Shown here: positions 1 to 12,639 of the stretch, in pieces
Layout of the letters: every line of letters starts with the position of its first letter
Position numbering within the stretch: the stretch's first letter is position 1
DNA from: Lingula anatina
Lineage: Eukaryota; Animalia; Brachiopoda
Direction: 5' to 3'
Assembly (NCBI GenBank): GCA_051362555.1
Contig: CM120641.1
Span: 35,532,401-35,596,400, forward strand
Length of the DNA: 64,000 nt
Notes under the pieces: generated by a model
The model's database searches: none
Seen by the model: the letters and a program-made list of their open reading frames with translations, nothing else
Told to the model about the DNA's origin: nothing
Program-made: the position numbers and the translations under genes

Positions 1-1189
1 GGACTACTTGAAAGACCTCTTTGGAAGTAATTCAAATTCATGTCTCGTATTATATCATTACTGAAAAACATTCTTACAAATTGCTTAAGCTAAAAGATGA
101 AAATTTTTCATTTTGTCACATACACACTTCTCGTCCACATTGTTGCAGACATGGTTTTGCAAAGGCTTCATGGGATGTCACATAAAGTATTTTTTACAGT
201 TTGTAGATTGCTGTAGTTTAAAAAATGATTTTATCCAAATGAAAGTGGTATCCAAATGTCAAAAGTTACCTTTTAATAAAGGTCTACATATGTACACTAT
301 TACCATTACTTACCAAATAAACTGACAACAATGATTAAATTGTAGTCAACCGCCATCTTAACGGTCCGGCCTGCAGGGCCTACAGGTAGGCTACATGACG
401 GAACTGACGGATTCCCTAGAGACTATCGACTACGTTATATATAATGAAATGTCAGAAGTGTTGGTACAGGCAATACAAATCGATACAAGAAAAACATTAT
501 TAAGCATACACTTATTTTGCTGTTTCTGTTTGTCAATGTATCATACTTCGAGTGAGTATACATCTGTCGGGGATGCTTGCTGAATAAAAGATGATTTACC
601 GAGCACCTCGGGCGTCAGGACAAATGGTTTTGGGGGGGGGGGGGGAGGAGGGGGGGCAGCACGATACTATAAAAGTTCTTCATGTTTGATTGACATGCAG
701 GTTGATGGCTGTAAAAAGTAGTTATAGTTATCAGTTACCAATTCTCTTACACATTTGTGTTATTTTACTCGTACCAACCTTTAATGTCTCAAACTACTCG
801 CGCCGGTGTGTAAAGGTGAAACACAACAACGTAACATTCCACAAAATCATAATAGAAAATTATGAAATTCCCCACACGACCCTCTTCACAGCGTGAGATG
901 CTGGTGACTGGACTGGTCGATGTTTAGAGGTCACTTTAGCATACTTGATTCAATCCCCCAATGTTAATTCTAATCACATTCTGGCTAGTGGTACTTACCA
1001 AGAAATGAAATTTTAATGTACAGTTGAATATCATGTAGCCAATTTTTAATCATATGCTTGTGAAAATTTCCCTGTGCACCCAAAATGTACAGAGCAGTGG
1101 AATTATTCACCACATTATTGAATAAAAATGAAATCTTATTGGGGATTGATCTTGAAGTCGAATATTTGTTAGCCGAACTTCAGGCACCT

Positions 1190-1490
1190 TCAGGACCAAA
1201 TAAAGATTACAATAAGGAAGATTGCTTTGGATTTTCTGGCAAACTATGATTTGTTAGCTGTCTTTTTAATGGAAGTTTTAAATAATAAATGAAAATCGGG
1301 ACAGAAATACAAATAACGATAACGGGAAGATTGCCAACGCTTTTTAATTCCTGACGAACTATAAAAATTTTTGCTGCAAAGATTGTGGTTGATGGAAGTT
1401 TAAATAATAAAATTAACGTCAGGTTTAAAAACGAACACGATAACAGAAGATTGTCAACGGACTTTGGAATATCTGAGCATCTAAAGGATT
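1190..1490. repeat. ~110-120 bp degenerate tandem repeat, about 3 units
   Basis: Recurrent unit ataacgataac(g)gaagattg(c/t)caac...ttcctgac(g/a)aactataaaa...atggaagtttaaataataaa; about 5 units in the paralogous block 10560-11180. Confidence 0.65.
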
Positions 1491-1535
1491 GCTTCTTTAA
1501 GGGATCTTTTAATGATACACATGAAGTGAGATTAA

Positions 1536-1667
1536 GACTGCATTCCCAGAGATTTAGATCGATCGATCTGGATCGACCTAACTCTCTGGGGGTTCACGCT
1601 AAATTGCTGTCAGCCGAGCGCGCACCACAGGGGATAGATGGATCTAAATATCTATGGGAATGGGGTC
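1536..1667. mobile_element. Tourist/PIF-Harbinger-type MITE, family A (internally deleted copy)
   Basis: Terminal inverted repeats gactgcattcccagagatttagatc...gatctaaatatctatgggaatggggtc, flanked by TAA/TTA; core shared with copies at 20657, 26078, 37015 and 48203; absent from the paralogous site near 11525. Confidence 0.8.
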
Positions 1668-2459
1668 TTAGTGCCCTGTAACGTTTATAAGGTATATTGG
1701 GTAAGTTCAAGTTTCTTTCAAAACACACGAAAAAAAATACATTTCAAATACCCAGCCGAAATTTATCTCTACAGGGCAGCAGGCATATGATTAAAAAGTG
1801 CACTTTCTTCAAACTTCTGGTCGTAAATTTAACCTTTTCTCTCTAGAGTCCATAAAACACAGAGACCAAGCAGAAAATAACTGTGTAAATTTATTTTCGG
1901 GAAATAATATTACTTGCATTAGATATGACAGTGTTATTTCTTTAAATTGTACCATTTTTACCCTGAGTGTCAGAGCAACGTAAAAATTAGCTTGTAAATA
2001 TTAAAGTATTATAAAATACTAGTATTGCTAATAGATCGGTTATATATGAAATCAAGATCGAGCTGGCAATACCGGAATCTAGAACCTAGGGTAACCATTT
2101 TAAACACTGTGGCGGTATTTGGTTGGGTTTAGTGGCACGAATGCAATAATTTGACATAAGTTCTCGGTTTCTCTACATCTTTGAATGATAAAATGGACCC
2201 AACAAAATGAAACAAGTAATAACGATCACTAATAGAACCACACTGACATTCAAGTCTGCATGGTAATTCAAAAGAAAACAAAATACATAATTCAAATAAC
2301 ACCATTTTATTCTGAAGCATATTCATTAACTACAAGGAAAGCAAAATTATAACATAATTATAACAAAATTATTACATGCATATCCATTACATGTTTCTTA
2401 TCCTGCTGTGGTTGTCATGCTTCACTGTAAGTCACTGTAAGTCTGTGTAGCATTATATT

Positions 2460-2664
2460 CACTCATCCAAAATGTTCGGAAACATGAAAGTATTATCAAT
2501 AATTAGTATGTAATGTAATGGGAAAATTTTTTAGCTTATGTAAAATAAGTAACGAATAGTGGGTGCATTATTCATCAATATTTGGTTAACATCCTTACCT
2601 TAGCTCATATGCCTATTTTATAATTATTCAAAGAACGATGTTTCCGAACTTTTTAGGTCGAGTG
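2460..2664. mobile_element. Tc1/mariner-type MITE
   Basis: TIRs cactcatccaaaatgttcggaaacat / atgtttccgaactttttaggtcgagtg with TA context; absent from the paralogous site near 12150. Confidence 0.65.
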
Positions 2665-3832
2665 TATATGGTGGCTTGTAATTTATTTTACTTAGTCTAT
2701 GCACCTGACAGTGACTGCAAGATATGACTATGTCTCATTTACATCATGCAGTTCCACCTTCATGTGTCTAAAAGACAGTTAGCTTGTGACAGTCACCTGG
2801 CCGTTGCAACAGAAAGAATGCGTTAGATGTAACAGTTGCACATTATATGAAAAAGATTAATGTAGTGTAAGTAGCCTACCATAGACCAAATTGAAAACCA
2901 GCCAGATTTTAATTTGTGCGAGGTAGACTTGAAATTGTAATTTAACCTAACTTCCGTGTTAATTACCCCCTAACTGCTCGAGGAGGCGTGCGACGTTTGA
3001 GCTGATTCCACTGATTGTAATTAGAGATTATCCTCCTCAAAGTTGGACCGACCCAGCTATTACAATTGGTCTATCTGAATGCACCCTATCTGAATGGGGT
3101 CTTATGCCCAAATAAGCGCCAATTTCTGCACAAATTTTCTGTAAAATAGTCAATATGTTGCGAATCAATTTTAGACCCTGCCTACAAAACTCCTCAGCTA
3201 CTAGTACAGCAGTTTACGAACTATAGATAATTCACAGTTTACAGCATGATTCAAGATTTTAAAGTTCGAGGTCGTTTAAGTATATGTGAATGCACACCAA
3301 CCTGTCGCATTCCAAGTGACCGTTATAAAATTAGACCTTTTCCTTGTCAACTGACAAGACACAAAATATTAAGCAGCATAATATCATTACTCCATTTAAT
3401 GATTCATAACGGTCATCTTATTTAAACACAATTTAAATCCATACATTTTAATTTCCATTAAAGAAGACGCTTTCCAGACTCTACAGGTATGAATTAAGTA
3501 AAATGCAGAAATGCTCACGCACACAACGTTCCTTTACAACTATCTCATGAAAATGACAATATAAAGTAAAAGTAAAATACTTATTTTTAAAACGCCATAT
3601 TCCACAAACGCTCTCTTTGTCTTTCCCGTAGGCGATAAAATATAAATCATTCATAACTTGTCATTTTAAGCTTTACTGCGGCAGGTGTGACGTTTTAATT
3701 ACCAATTAAGGCTTCGTATTAGTCTGTGGATAATAATTTCATCATTATACAATATCTAGATTGTAGTCTGGTCATACATGTAATCAAATATCTGGATTAT
3801 AATCTGGTCATATATGTTATCAAATATCTGGA

Positions 3833-5937
3833 TTATATTCTTGTAATAATCAAATATCCGTGGCCGTTGTTGTAATCGTCTTGACCGGAGGCGTTGTCTC
3901 CGGCGTTGTACGAGCCCCCTCCTCCACCGCACGAATTTACGGAATTATCTCCGCTAGCTCCACCCGAGAATCCGCCTCCGCCCCCCGCCCCTCCGCCAAT
4001 ACCATACGCCCCCGCCCCACCACCAAACCCTCCCCAGCCTATATATGATTTCGGCCTGCCACCAGTGCCCCCGTTAACAAAAGCAAATCCACCTTCACCG
4101 CCCGTACCATAGGCACCACCAAACTCAGTGCTACTGCGCCCGTTAGTCAGCAGGCCACCGCCGCCGCCGCCTGAATTGCCGGTGTCTGCAGTTGAAGCGC
4201 CCTCTCCGTTTGAACCACCAGGCCAAATCGTACTGCTACTGTAACCGCTGTTCCCAGTAGTATTTGTAGTGCCGCCACACGCTGCTCGCCGCTTAGTAGC
4301 CCCTTCAATACCTCCCCCGCCACCAGCTATGATGATAGGCGTGTTATCGTCGTACGTCAGGAATGTGCCGCCACCACCGCCAGAGGAAGGATGAGAATTC
4401 TCACCGCCCATTTGTCCTACTAGAATCTTTAGCTGGTCACCTGTAAAATAGGCGTTGGTCAAGAATCAGTAAGGCCCCATTCCTATAGACACCATCGGTC
4501 TACGTATATCGATCCTACTCTGCGGGGACTCTCTCTCAGTGCAATCAGCTTAACTGAATGACACGCCTCTTGTATCCAATGCACTCGTAAAAACACTTAT
4601 CATAAGCTTTTGTTTTCTTCTCAAGGAGAAGGCGTGTCATTAAGTTAACTCAAAATAAAGAGGGTTGCACTCAGCAAGAGTCCCCGCAGAGTTGGATAGG
4701 TTTACGTAGATTGAATTTAAGGCGTCAGTGGGAATGGGGTCTAAGAGTAATGCAGGCTTACGAGGCTTTGTCTGCTTACTGCTGGAGGTACTGTTAGATG
4801 TTTTTGGTTATGCTTCCTTACATATAATATTAATTTCATTTTTTTTTTCAAGAAGGCATTAGATGGTCAGAAGGGCAATGCTGCCTCCTGGGTATGTAAA
4901 AGCAGCTGGATTAGTTAAAAGAACTATAAATGGTTTTCAGTTTTGGCATATAATGGCTGACACACTGTCACCCGTGAAAATGTACCTATTGACCAGTAAC
5001 TCAGGCAGCACATGGGAAACTTCAAGGTAAAGACTGAAAAAGTTTATTAAAATTTGAGATTATATGTGACTTAATTCCATAAGATGAGGACACAAGTCTA
5101 AGAGGAGATGCTGTGACGGTAACGTGAATCCGCCGACATGCGGTGAATTCGCGTGAGCCGTCGGACGAGACGGGTCAAGGATAAAACCACGTGTATTCCC
5201 AGCGCTCACGCTAGTGGTGCAATTATCTGTTGAGCTATACGGCTCGTACACCCTCAAATCGTGCACAAAGGTAAATCCAACAATATTTCGTTTAACATAA
5301 TTCGTGACATCCCCATTTACACAAACACGCCCAAACACACACACACACACACACACACATACACACTTACCTGCATAAAGCGTGAAGTCTCCAACCACAT
5401 ATGCGCCGTAGCTTCGATATGTACACCCACTGCTGTCACATCCGCCAGCAGCACCTGAAGAATTTTTCACATGACAATTGTTGGAATAATCGCTAAACCG
5501 TGCACAAAATCTGAATTTTATCTTACCAGACAAAAAACAGTGCTGTTCCGACATATAAATACTATTTCTGCTTAATATCAGCACCGTCGAAAGTGACTCC
5601 CCAGCAAGCACGGAATGTTTTATAACGTTACCTTAACCTTTCCATAACGTTTTTATAAACGTTTAATTGGTTATATAAACGTTATGGTAGCATTATTATA
5701 ACGTTTTGTGTTTGCTGCGTCATGACTTCTACCAAAGTTACTCCTTAGTGTGTATCGTCCACTTACCTGCAGCCTCTATTCTGTAAGTACCATTGGACGG
5801 TATGGTTATGTACTGGGTCCCGTTGGTCACTGTCACCAGCCCCTGAAGGTCTGTACCGTCATAATGAGAGCCCACCGAAGTAGGCCCATCCCTTCCCGTA
5901 GTGCCAAGGTTTGTGAATGTCCCACCACCAAACGTTG
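3833..5937 (-). CDS. Glycine-rich protein with ALK/LTK-like glycine-rich domain (3' exons; 5' end uncertain)
   Basis: Three phase-1 exons with canonical AG/GT: 5937-5767, 5454-5371, 4440-3833. They splice to TFTNLGTTGRDGPT...GTQYITIPSNGTYRIEAAGAAGG...YGAYVVGDFTLYAGDQLKILVGQMG...GGGGGTF...PIIIAGGGGG...GGFGGGAG...GGGGGSYN...GHGYLIITRI, the motif order of the ALK/LTK glycine-rich domain. Confidence 0.85.
4473..4741. mobile_element. Harbinger-type MITE, family C
   Basis: TIRs ggccccattcc...ggaatggggtc with TAA target duplication; related copy at ~39066-39306 shares the ggggactctc...acac(g)cctcttgt core. Confidence 0.7.
5600..5719. mobile_element. CACTA/CMC-type small MITE
   Basis: Termini cccagcaagcac...gtgtttgctgcg, internal ataacgtt repeats, 2-bp TC duplication. 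Confidence 0.55.
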
Positions 5938-6417
5938 CTAAGAAAAAAAAAAAAGATGTGACCAAAATAAAAGTTTATTCGAGTTACTAGGTTTCTAACT
6001 ATGTGGGACTTACTGGAGTTCTGAATTAAAGATATTTAACGCATTCTGAACCGAAATAAATCAGCACAATTAAAGATCTTAAATTCCCAATACCTGATTG
6101 CATATACATGTAGTTAAACATAGTTTAGGAGCTATCAACCTACATATTTCCTCTTACTGAAACAAAGCAGCAAAGCTGTTAAGTGTACAGACATAAAGCA
6201 GAAAATAACGCCCAAGTGCCCATTTGGGGTTTTTGAAAATTTTGATGCAATATTACACAATGCCCAAAAGCACCTATTCACGACCATTTTTAAAAATTTG
6301 ATCATCACAAAACATGACTAATAAAGTCGAATTCGATCTGTATTTTATTAATATTCATAAGCTCTGTCAGTTGAAAGACAATAGGTCAACAGATTTTCTG
6401 CTTATTGCCTTATCTCA

Positions 6418-6623
6418 GGGCGCATTCAGGACAAGTTGATCCACGGACTAACAGATCCGCGGATCAAATACGACCGACTTACTTGGAAGCTTGCCGCATG
6501 AACCCCAAACAGACACTGAATAGATTCCAGGCAGGGATTACGCGGTAAGCTTTCAACTGGATCGGCCATATTTAATCCACAAATTTTTTAGTCTGCGGAT
6601 CAACTTTTGTTGTGAATGCAGCC
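6418..6623. mobile_element. Harbinger-type MITE, family B
   Basis: TIRs gggcgcattcaggacaagttgatccacggacta / tagtctgcggatcaacttttgttgtgaatgcagcc with TCA duplication; relatives at ~16556-16854 and 51413-51691 (TAA TSD). Confidence 0.7.
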
Positions 6624-6775
6624 TCAGAAGAAATTGCACGGCAATTACGATGGTGACCCAGGAGTTGGCTATATGTACAGACACGTCGTGTCTGTACACA
6701 AAAAGTTGATCAATAGAACAGAAAAATTATCTTATGGTAACTTAAAAGCAGTTTCAAAAGGAAATAAAGGACTGT

Positions 6776-6898
6776 CCTTACAGGGAATCCTATCTGGATC
6801 CAGTAACAGACCGCTGCTGCCCATGCATCTGTAGCTTCCGACGGTGTTGACACACGTTTCTTGGCACAGGTTGGTGCCGTTCACGCACTCGTTTTTAT
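6776..6898 (-). pseudogene. Degenerate calcium-binding EGF exon upstream of the glycine-rich exons
   Basis: Phase-1 acceptor (tag|AT AAA AAC GAG TGC) gives DKNECVNGTNLCQETCVNTVGSYRCMGSSGLLLDPDRIPCK, the EGF_CA consensus except that the 5th Cys is Gly and there is no GT at the expected donor (AAG G|ACAGT). Confidence 0.65.
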
Positions 6899-9800
6899 CT
6901 ACATGCAATGATACCAAAATTTTCATTAATATTTAAAATGACATTTTGAAATATTTTACAGTATTTTGGATGTGCAGATTATACAATTTTCAAGGTACTG
7001 ATAACTGATTTGTGACAAACAGCATACAGGATTCATTGATTGCCAAATGTTTCAATAAGCTTTTGCAATTCACTAGCCAACTTGAATGAAAGTACGCCGT
7101 AAGTCCGAATTCATGAAAAATTCTATAAAGACTCCCTATCCTTGGATCAGTGCCAAACTAATCAATCATAGCAAATGAAAGAACATTCTTTTCAAATCTT
7201 ACATCAATTATTCAGATCTGCGGTACCTTGTACTCGATTGAGTCAACAGTAATAAAGATAGGGATGTTTTTTTAACATATTGAAATAACAATCCTCCAAA
7301 GAAAATGAAGGAAATTGAGGAACTGAGGATGCGAGACATTTGACAGAAGCATAAGGCCAGTGATTCATTCAAACACACAAGCCACGGCCTTATAGGTCTT
7401 TATTACAAAGAGTTGGATCTTGAACTTTTCCCATGTATGAAACAAAATCGGTTGAAAAACTGAGTATTTGTCAATCTGCATAACAAAATAAATAATTCAG
7501 GTAGAAAGTGTTTTGACTTTGGACGCTTTGTGTTCATCGTTATTTCATTGTGATTTTCATTTTAGGTCTATGCGTGTCAATGAGATGCAAGTTTCCTCTC
7601 CAAATTTCCTATCTTTTATTATTTTTACACGAAAATATTTTGACCAATGGAAAATATTATTTAAACAGGAAAATTTGAATTGAGATGAAATACACATTTC
7701 AGTAAACAGATGAAAATCTTCAGCATTAATAATATGTTGTATTTCTTTTCTTCAAATTCAGCAATTCATGTTCTGCCTAAATATTACAACCATTTTTCAC
7801 CAGTTTTCATAAGAGTGCGTTGTGATGAAATTTGAGAATTCAAAAACTGGCACGTATTGTACCTAACAATTTATTTAGTAAAATATCTACCCAAAGGTTG
7901 AATTTGTATACGATGATCAAAGCAAATAAAAATGAACTTAACGGGTAGTTATGAGCTTATAACTAAATGGTTCTTAATAAATATTCTAAAAGGGAGTTAT
8001 AAATTAACTGTTAATAAAAGTGTTCTTTCAACGTTTAGTTTTGACTGTTGGAACTTAAATTCTCTTAGGTAAGTTGTAAAATATCTAAACTTTATTGTTT
8101 CTAAAACACCCAAAAAGGTTAACGGGATGTAAAAATTATAAAAGACAGCAATTCATAAAATATATCAGTCTTAACTATTGGAATTTTTAATTTGTTGTTC
8201 CCTCTTACCTTTCCTTCTTGCATTAAATGACCTGGTTGATCACTATTCTAAATTTTACAATGAAATCCCTAATAGAGTGTGTACTGCCTTTGTTCTAGGG
8301 TATAGAGCTTTCTGATTTCTGGGGCATATTGATATCTTAAACCTCTAAAGCTCGAAGTAAAACAAAAGGAGAGACAAACTAAAACTAAAACCACTTACTG
8401 TACGTATATGTGGTCTTAAATTTTCCTATTCTACAACACATTAATGCAAAACACGAAGAAATTGTAATAATTCTGAGCTTTCAAAATTTATGTTCATTTC
8501 CATGCGGTTAATGTAAATAAGAAAACTTACCTAAGAAAAGGACACACACACTTCGCGCAGACTCATATTTAGCCTGGAGACATTCAAAGCCGTGAGGTCC
8601 GGCCGGTTTTAATTTAGTACATTCAGCAAAACACTCCTGCCTGGTTGTGCTGATTTCGTGGAATAAAGTAGGTAAATCGGCATTTTGTAGATATTGGTCG
8701 GAGGCGGTGATAACGCCTGGAAAAAAGTTATTATTGATATTATTATATTAAGAGTTATAATTGATAGCGTTTGTAAAAGTAGACTTGTTTTTAAGTTTAA
8801 GTTATCTTGTATGACAGCTTGTATGACAGCTGCAGTCATCTCCATTAAAAGTAATGCAAAATAACTACTCATATTATCCCGCACCGAAGAAACATTTTTC
8901 ACAAACTACAAAAACTAAAATGAACAAAAAAAAAAAAAAAAAAAAAAATCACATTATTGCGCACTTCTCAGACTTCTCGTCCATATTAAAAAAAATCTAT
9001 TGTTTTGCCAGGGCCTTATTGAAAATAGCATGTACAATAGTTATTTTGTACAGTTTACAGATTGTGGTTAACAAATAATTTTGGCATCTGATTGGTGCAA
9101 AAATAATTTGATATCCAAATGTCCAAAGTTCCCTTTTAATAAAAGCCATTACTTTTTAAAACAATAATTATATCTGGATTAAGCGACGCCCTTTGATACA
9201 ATCCAGAAACAACAATAACCATTCTTCGTCCCGTAAATCTTTCTAATACTTATCATTACTTACTAATTAAGCTGACAACAACGATTGAATGGTAGACAAC
9301 CAGCATTTTAACGCTCCAGTCTGCGGGGCTTACTTGACGGAACTGATGGATTCACCAGAGACGTTTGTTTACTTTATATACACAGAAATTGGTAAAACAG
9401 ATCGATATTTAGAAAAAAAAACGCTTGTTTACATAACAACATAAATTTATTTAGCATACCCTTGTTCCGCTGTTTCTGTTTGTCAATGAATCAAAAATTT
9501 CAATCGAACACACATCTGTGCATCTGTCAGGGATCCGTGCTGAATAATAGATGAATAACCGATTACCTGGGGGGGGGGGGGGAGGGGGGGGGGAGGGGGG
9601 TCTGGACGCATGTGTGGTGGTGGTGATGGAGGGGGGGGGGGACACAAAACTGAAAGAGCTTTGTGTCTGGCATGCAGGTTGATGTTGGGAAAAAGCAAAA
9701 TTGAGTAATGCAACATGTTGCTGCTTAGTGAATATGTTATCGGTTTCTACCTCTTTTATCTATATAGTTGTTTTAATAGCCCGAACTATTCGCACCTCTG

Positions 9801-12639
9801 TGTGAAGGTGAAACATAATTAAAGACGTAACATTCCATAAAATCAAAATAGAAAATCTGAAATTCCCCACACAGTCGTCTTTAGAAGTCGAGGTGCTGGT
9901 GACAAGTCGATGTTTAGAAATAGCTAATTTATTGTTACTCAACCCCGATATTGATTCCAATCACATTCTACCAGTGATACTTACCAAGACATGAATTTTG
10001 ATTGTACATCAGAAATATAATATATAATGGCAAGCTTTAAGTACATGCTTGTGAACAATGCCATGTGGTACCACAACCTGTATAGAACAATGGTATTATT
10101 CATCATATTCTTGAACATGGCAGCAAAGCTGTCAAATGTACAGACAAAAAAAAAAAAATAATAAAAAAAATAAAAAAAAAAAAAAAAATCTGTAAAACTT
10201 CCAGAAAAATTATTTAATCCGACTTGGTTTTCTATAGGCCCTATAATAGTGGATAAAATATGTTGAAAAAGCGAAAAAAAAAATAGAATAACTTTTGAAA
10301 AAAATTGCCCGATCATGCCGATTTTCGAACTTCGCCTGTATTTTATGAATATTCATTTGTTCCATTAGTCTGAATACAAAAGGTGAAATGATTTCCGCTT
10401 ATCGTGTAAACGCTGAAAGTGCACAACGCCAACGACAGACGGAGGTGACGGCTGTATGAACAGACAAATCTGTGTCTGTACATAATAAAAATGAAATTGA
10501 AAAGGGAATCGATCAAGAAGCAGCACATTTGTTACCAAAACTGCAGTCACCGTCAGGCCAAAGAAAAATTACAATAACGGAAGATTGCCAACGCGTTTGG
10601 TTTTTTTATCGCAAACAATAAAATTGATTGCTGTAAGAATTGTCTGTTAAATGCAAGTTTTTATTAACAGAATGAAAGTCGGGAATGAAAAACAAATAAC
10701 GATAACGGAAGATTATCACCACTTTTTGGAGTTCCTGGCAAACTATTTATACATGTTTTTAGAGTTGCTGACAAACTATAAAATTGTTTGCTGTAAGGAT
10801 TGCATGCTTAATGGAAGTTTCAAACAATAGAATGAAAGACATGACGGAAAAACAAATATCGACCACGGAAAATTGTCACCACGTTTTGGAGTTCCTGACA
10901 AACAATATATATTTTTGGAGTAGGGCGAATAAAACGTTTTATTCATCTAAACATGCAGTAAAGATTGTTTAATAGGAGATAGATAATAAAATGAATAACA
11001 GGCCCCCCCCAAAAAAAATGCGATGGCGGAAGATTGTAAAGCATTATAGAGTTTCTGACAAACTACAAAATTGTTTAATGTCAAGATTGCTTGATGGAAG
11101 TTTTAAATAATAAATTGAACGCAATGATTGAAGAACGAATGTGATAACGAAATGTATTTTGGAGTTCCGGAGAAACTTAAAAGGGGCGTGCAAAATGCGG
11201 CTCTACAGGCGCTTTTGGAACTCCACAAATCAGTACTTTATACAGGGTACATGTAGTTATTTGTTTTTAAGTTGGAATACAGGTGCTATTATTGGCAGTA
11301 ACGTCCTTAAAGACAAATTCACAGGGTTTTATTCAAAATAAAGAGCGGCCCACCATGGACCAAATCCGAGCACAAACTTTATGTCTTTGTTACATTATAT
11401 GCATCCACTTAGAATTGCTTCATCTGGATTAAATCCAGAAAATAACAGGAACGGATAAGACATGATGTTATTTGCTGTACAGATTCTTTAATGGATGCTG
11501 TAATCAAAGACATGAAGCAAGAGGTAAGTTTCCAGTAACGTATATAAATTTATTAGTACCATTTTTTTAACAAAATATAAATAAAATCCACATTCCAAAT
11601 AACCAACCTAAATTTATCTCTAGGGCAGCAGAAAAAAATATTAAAAACTGCACTTTTTTCTACTTTATTGTTGTACACTTGACCTTTTCTCTAAAACACT
11701 CCATAAGGCAAAGAAAGCAAGCAAAAACATTATTTTTTTGGGAAATAATGTAATAAACCTGGGGTACTGGGGTATTTTCTTATATTGTATTATTTAAAAC
11801 ACTGTGGAGTATTTGATCAGCAGTGGCATGATTTCAATGATTTGACATAAGTACTCTGTTACTTTACATCTTTAAATGATAAAATGGACCCAGCAAAAGT
11901 AAAGCAAGTAATAGCGATGAGCAATACATGTGTAGAAGTACCATTGCAGCATTTGTTAACACTGGCACTTGAGTCTGTATAGTAATCAAAAAGATTATAA
12001 AGTACATTATTTAAATAACACCATTTTATTCAGTAATATATTTATATTTTAGAAGGGAAGCCAAAAAATATATATCATTATTAGATCCATATCCATTAGC
12101 TATTTCTTGCCTTACTGTGATTGTCACCATAGCCTCTGTGGTATTACATTATATATGTTATCTTAAGTCACTGTAACTTTACTGAACTCTATCCATGTGA
12201 CTGTGATTGCAAGATATGAAAGACTATGTCTCAATTACATCAGTGTCAGCTTCATGTGTGACAACTGTCAAAGTCACTTGCTTCAGATGTGACATTGCAT
12301 ATTTTCGCAAAAAAAAAAAAAAAAAATGAATGCTGTGTTCTCTGCCATTGCTACATGTATGTTAGATGTATACCAGTCACAATAATTGTGGTTGTTGGGA
12401 TTCCTGGTGAACATGTGAGAATGAGAGACTAAAGAAGCAGCTGATGTAACATGGTTTTCCGCTGTTAATAAAATCCAAAGGCCATCCTTCAGTTTTACCC
12501 ATCACATTTATCACTCCTGTAACTGTACCAGCTGTCCATCAGCTTAATGACCTTGATATCTAGGTCTAGGTCACCTTGACAGTGATAGCTGACTGTCCAG
12601 TAGAGGCATCACCTCAATTGTGACAGCAAAAATTTACAG

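Larger units (their letters stand above)
100..2860. repeat. Diverged segmental duplicate of ~8950-12330 (upstream region of the glycine-rich gene)
   Basis: Colinear matching blocks by eye: tatccaaatgtcaaaagttaccttttaataaag (~249) vs tatccaaatgtccaaagttcccttttaataaag (~9112); aactgacaacaatgattaaattgtagtcaacc (~320) vs agctgacaacaacgattgaatggtagacaacc (~9270); aaatttatctct..agggcagcag (~1759 vs ~11610); aatgataaaatggaccca (~2184 vs ~11875); gtgactgcaagatatga (~2711 vs ~12203). Confidence 0.85.

Noticed and set aside
3860-4112. Proline-rich plus-strand ORFs
   Set aside because: Antisense shadows of the glycine codons in the minus-strand exon.
5060-5611. 183-aa ORF
   Set aside because: Only 5454-5371 is a real exon; the rest is intron containing an (AC)n repeat and a possible tRNA-derived SINE that I cannot support firmly.
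9451-9716. Poly-proline ORFs (also 13371-13693, 24547-24735, 33666-33875, 54998-55189)
   Set aside because: Produced by G/C homopolymer tracts; no splice or homology support.
10560-11180. Regularly spaced repeats that could suggest a CRISPR array
   Set aside because: Whole units are degenerate copies with no unique spacers, the context is eukaryotic and there are no cas genes; it is a minisatellite.
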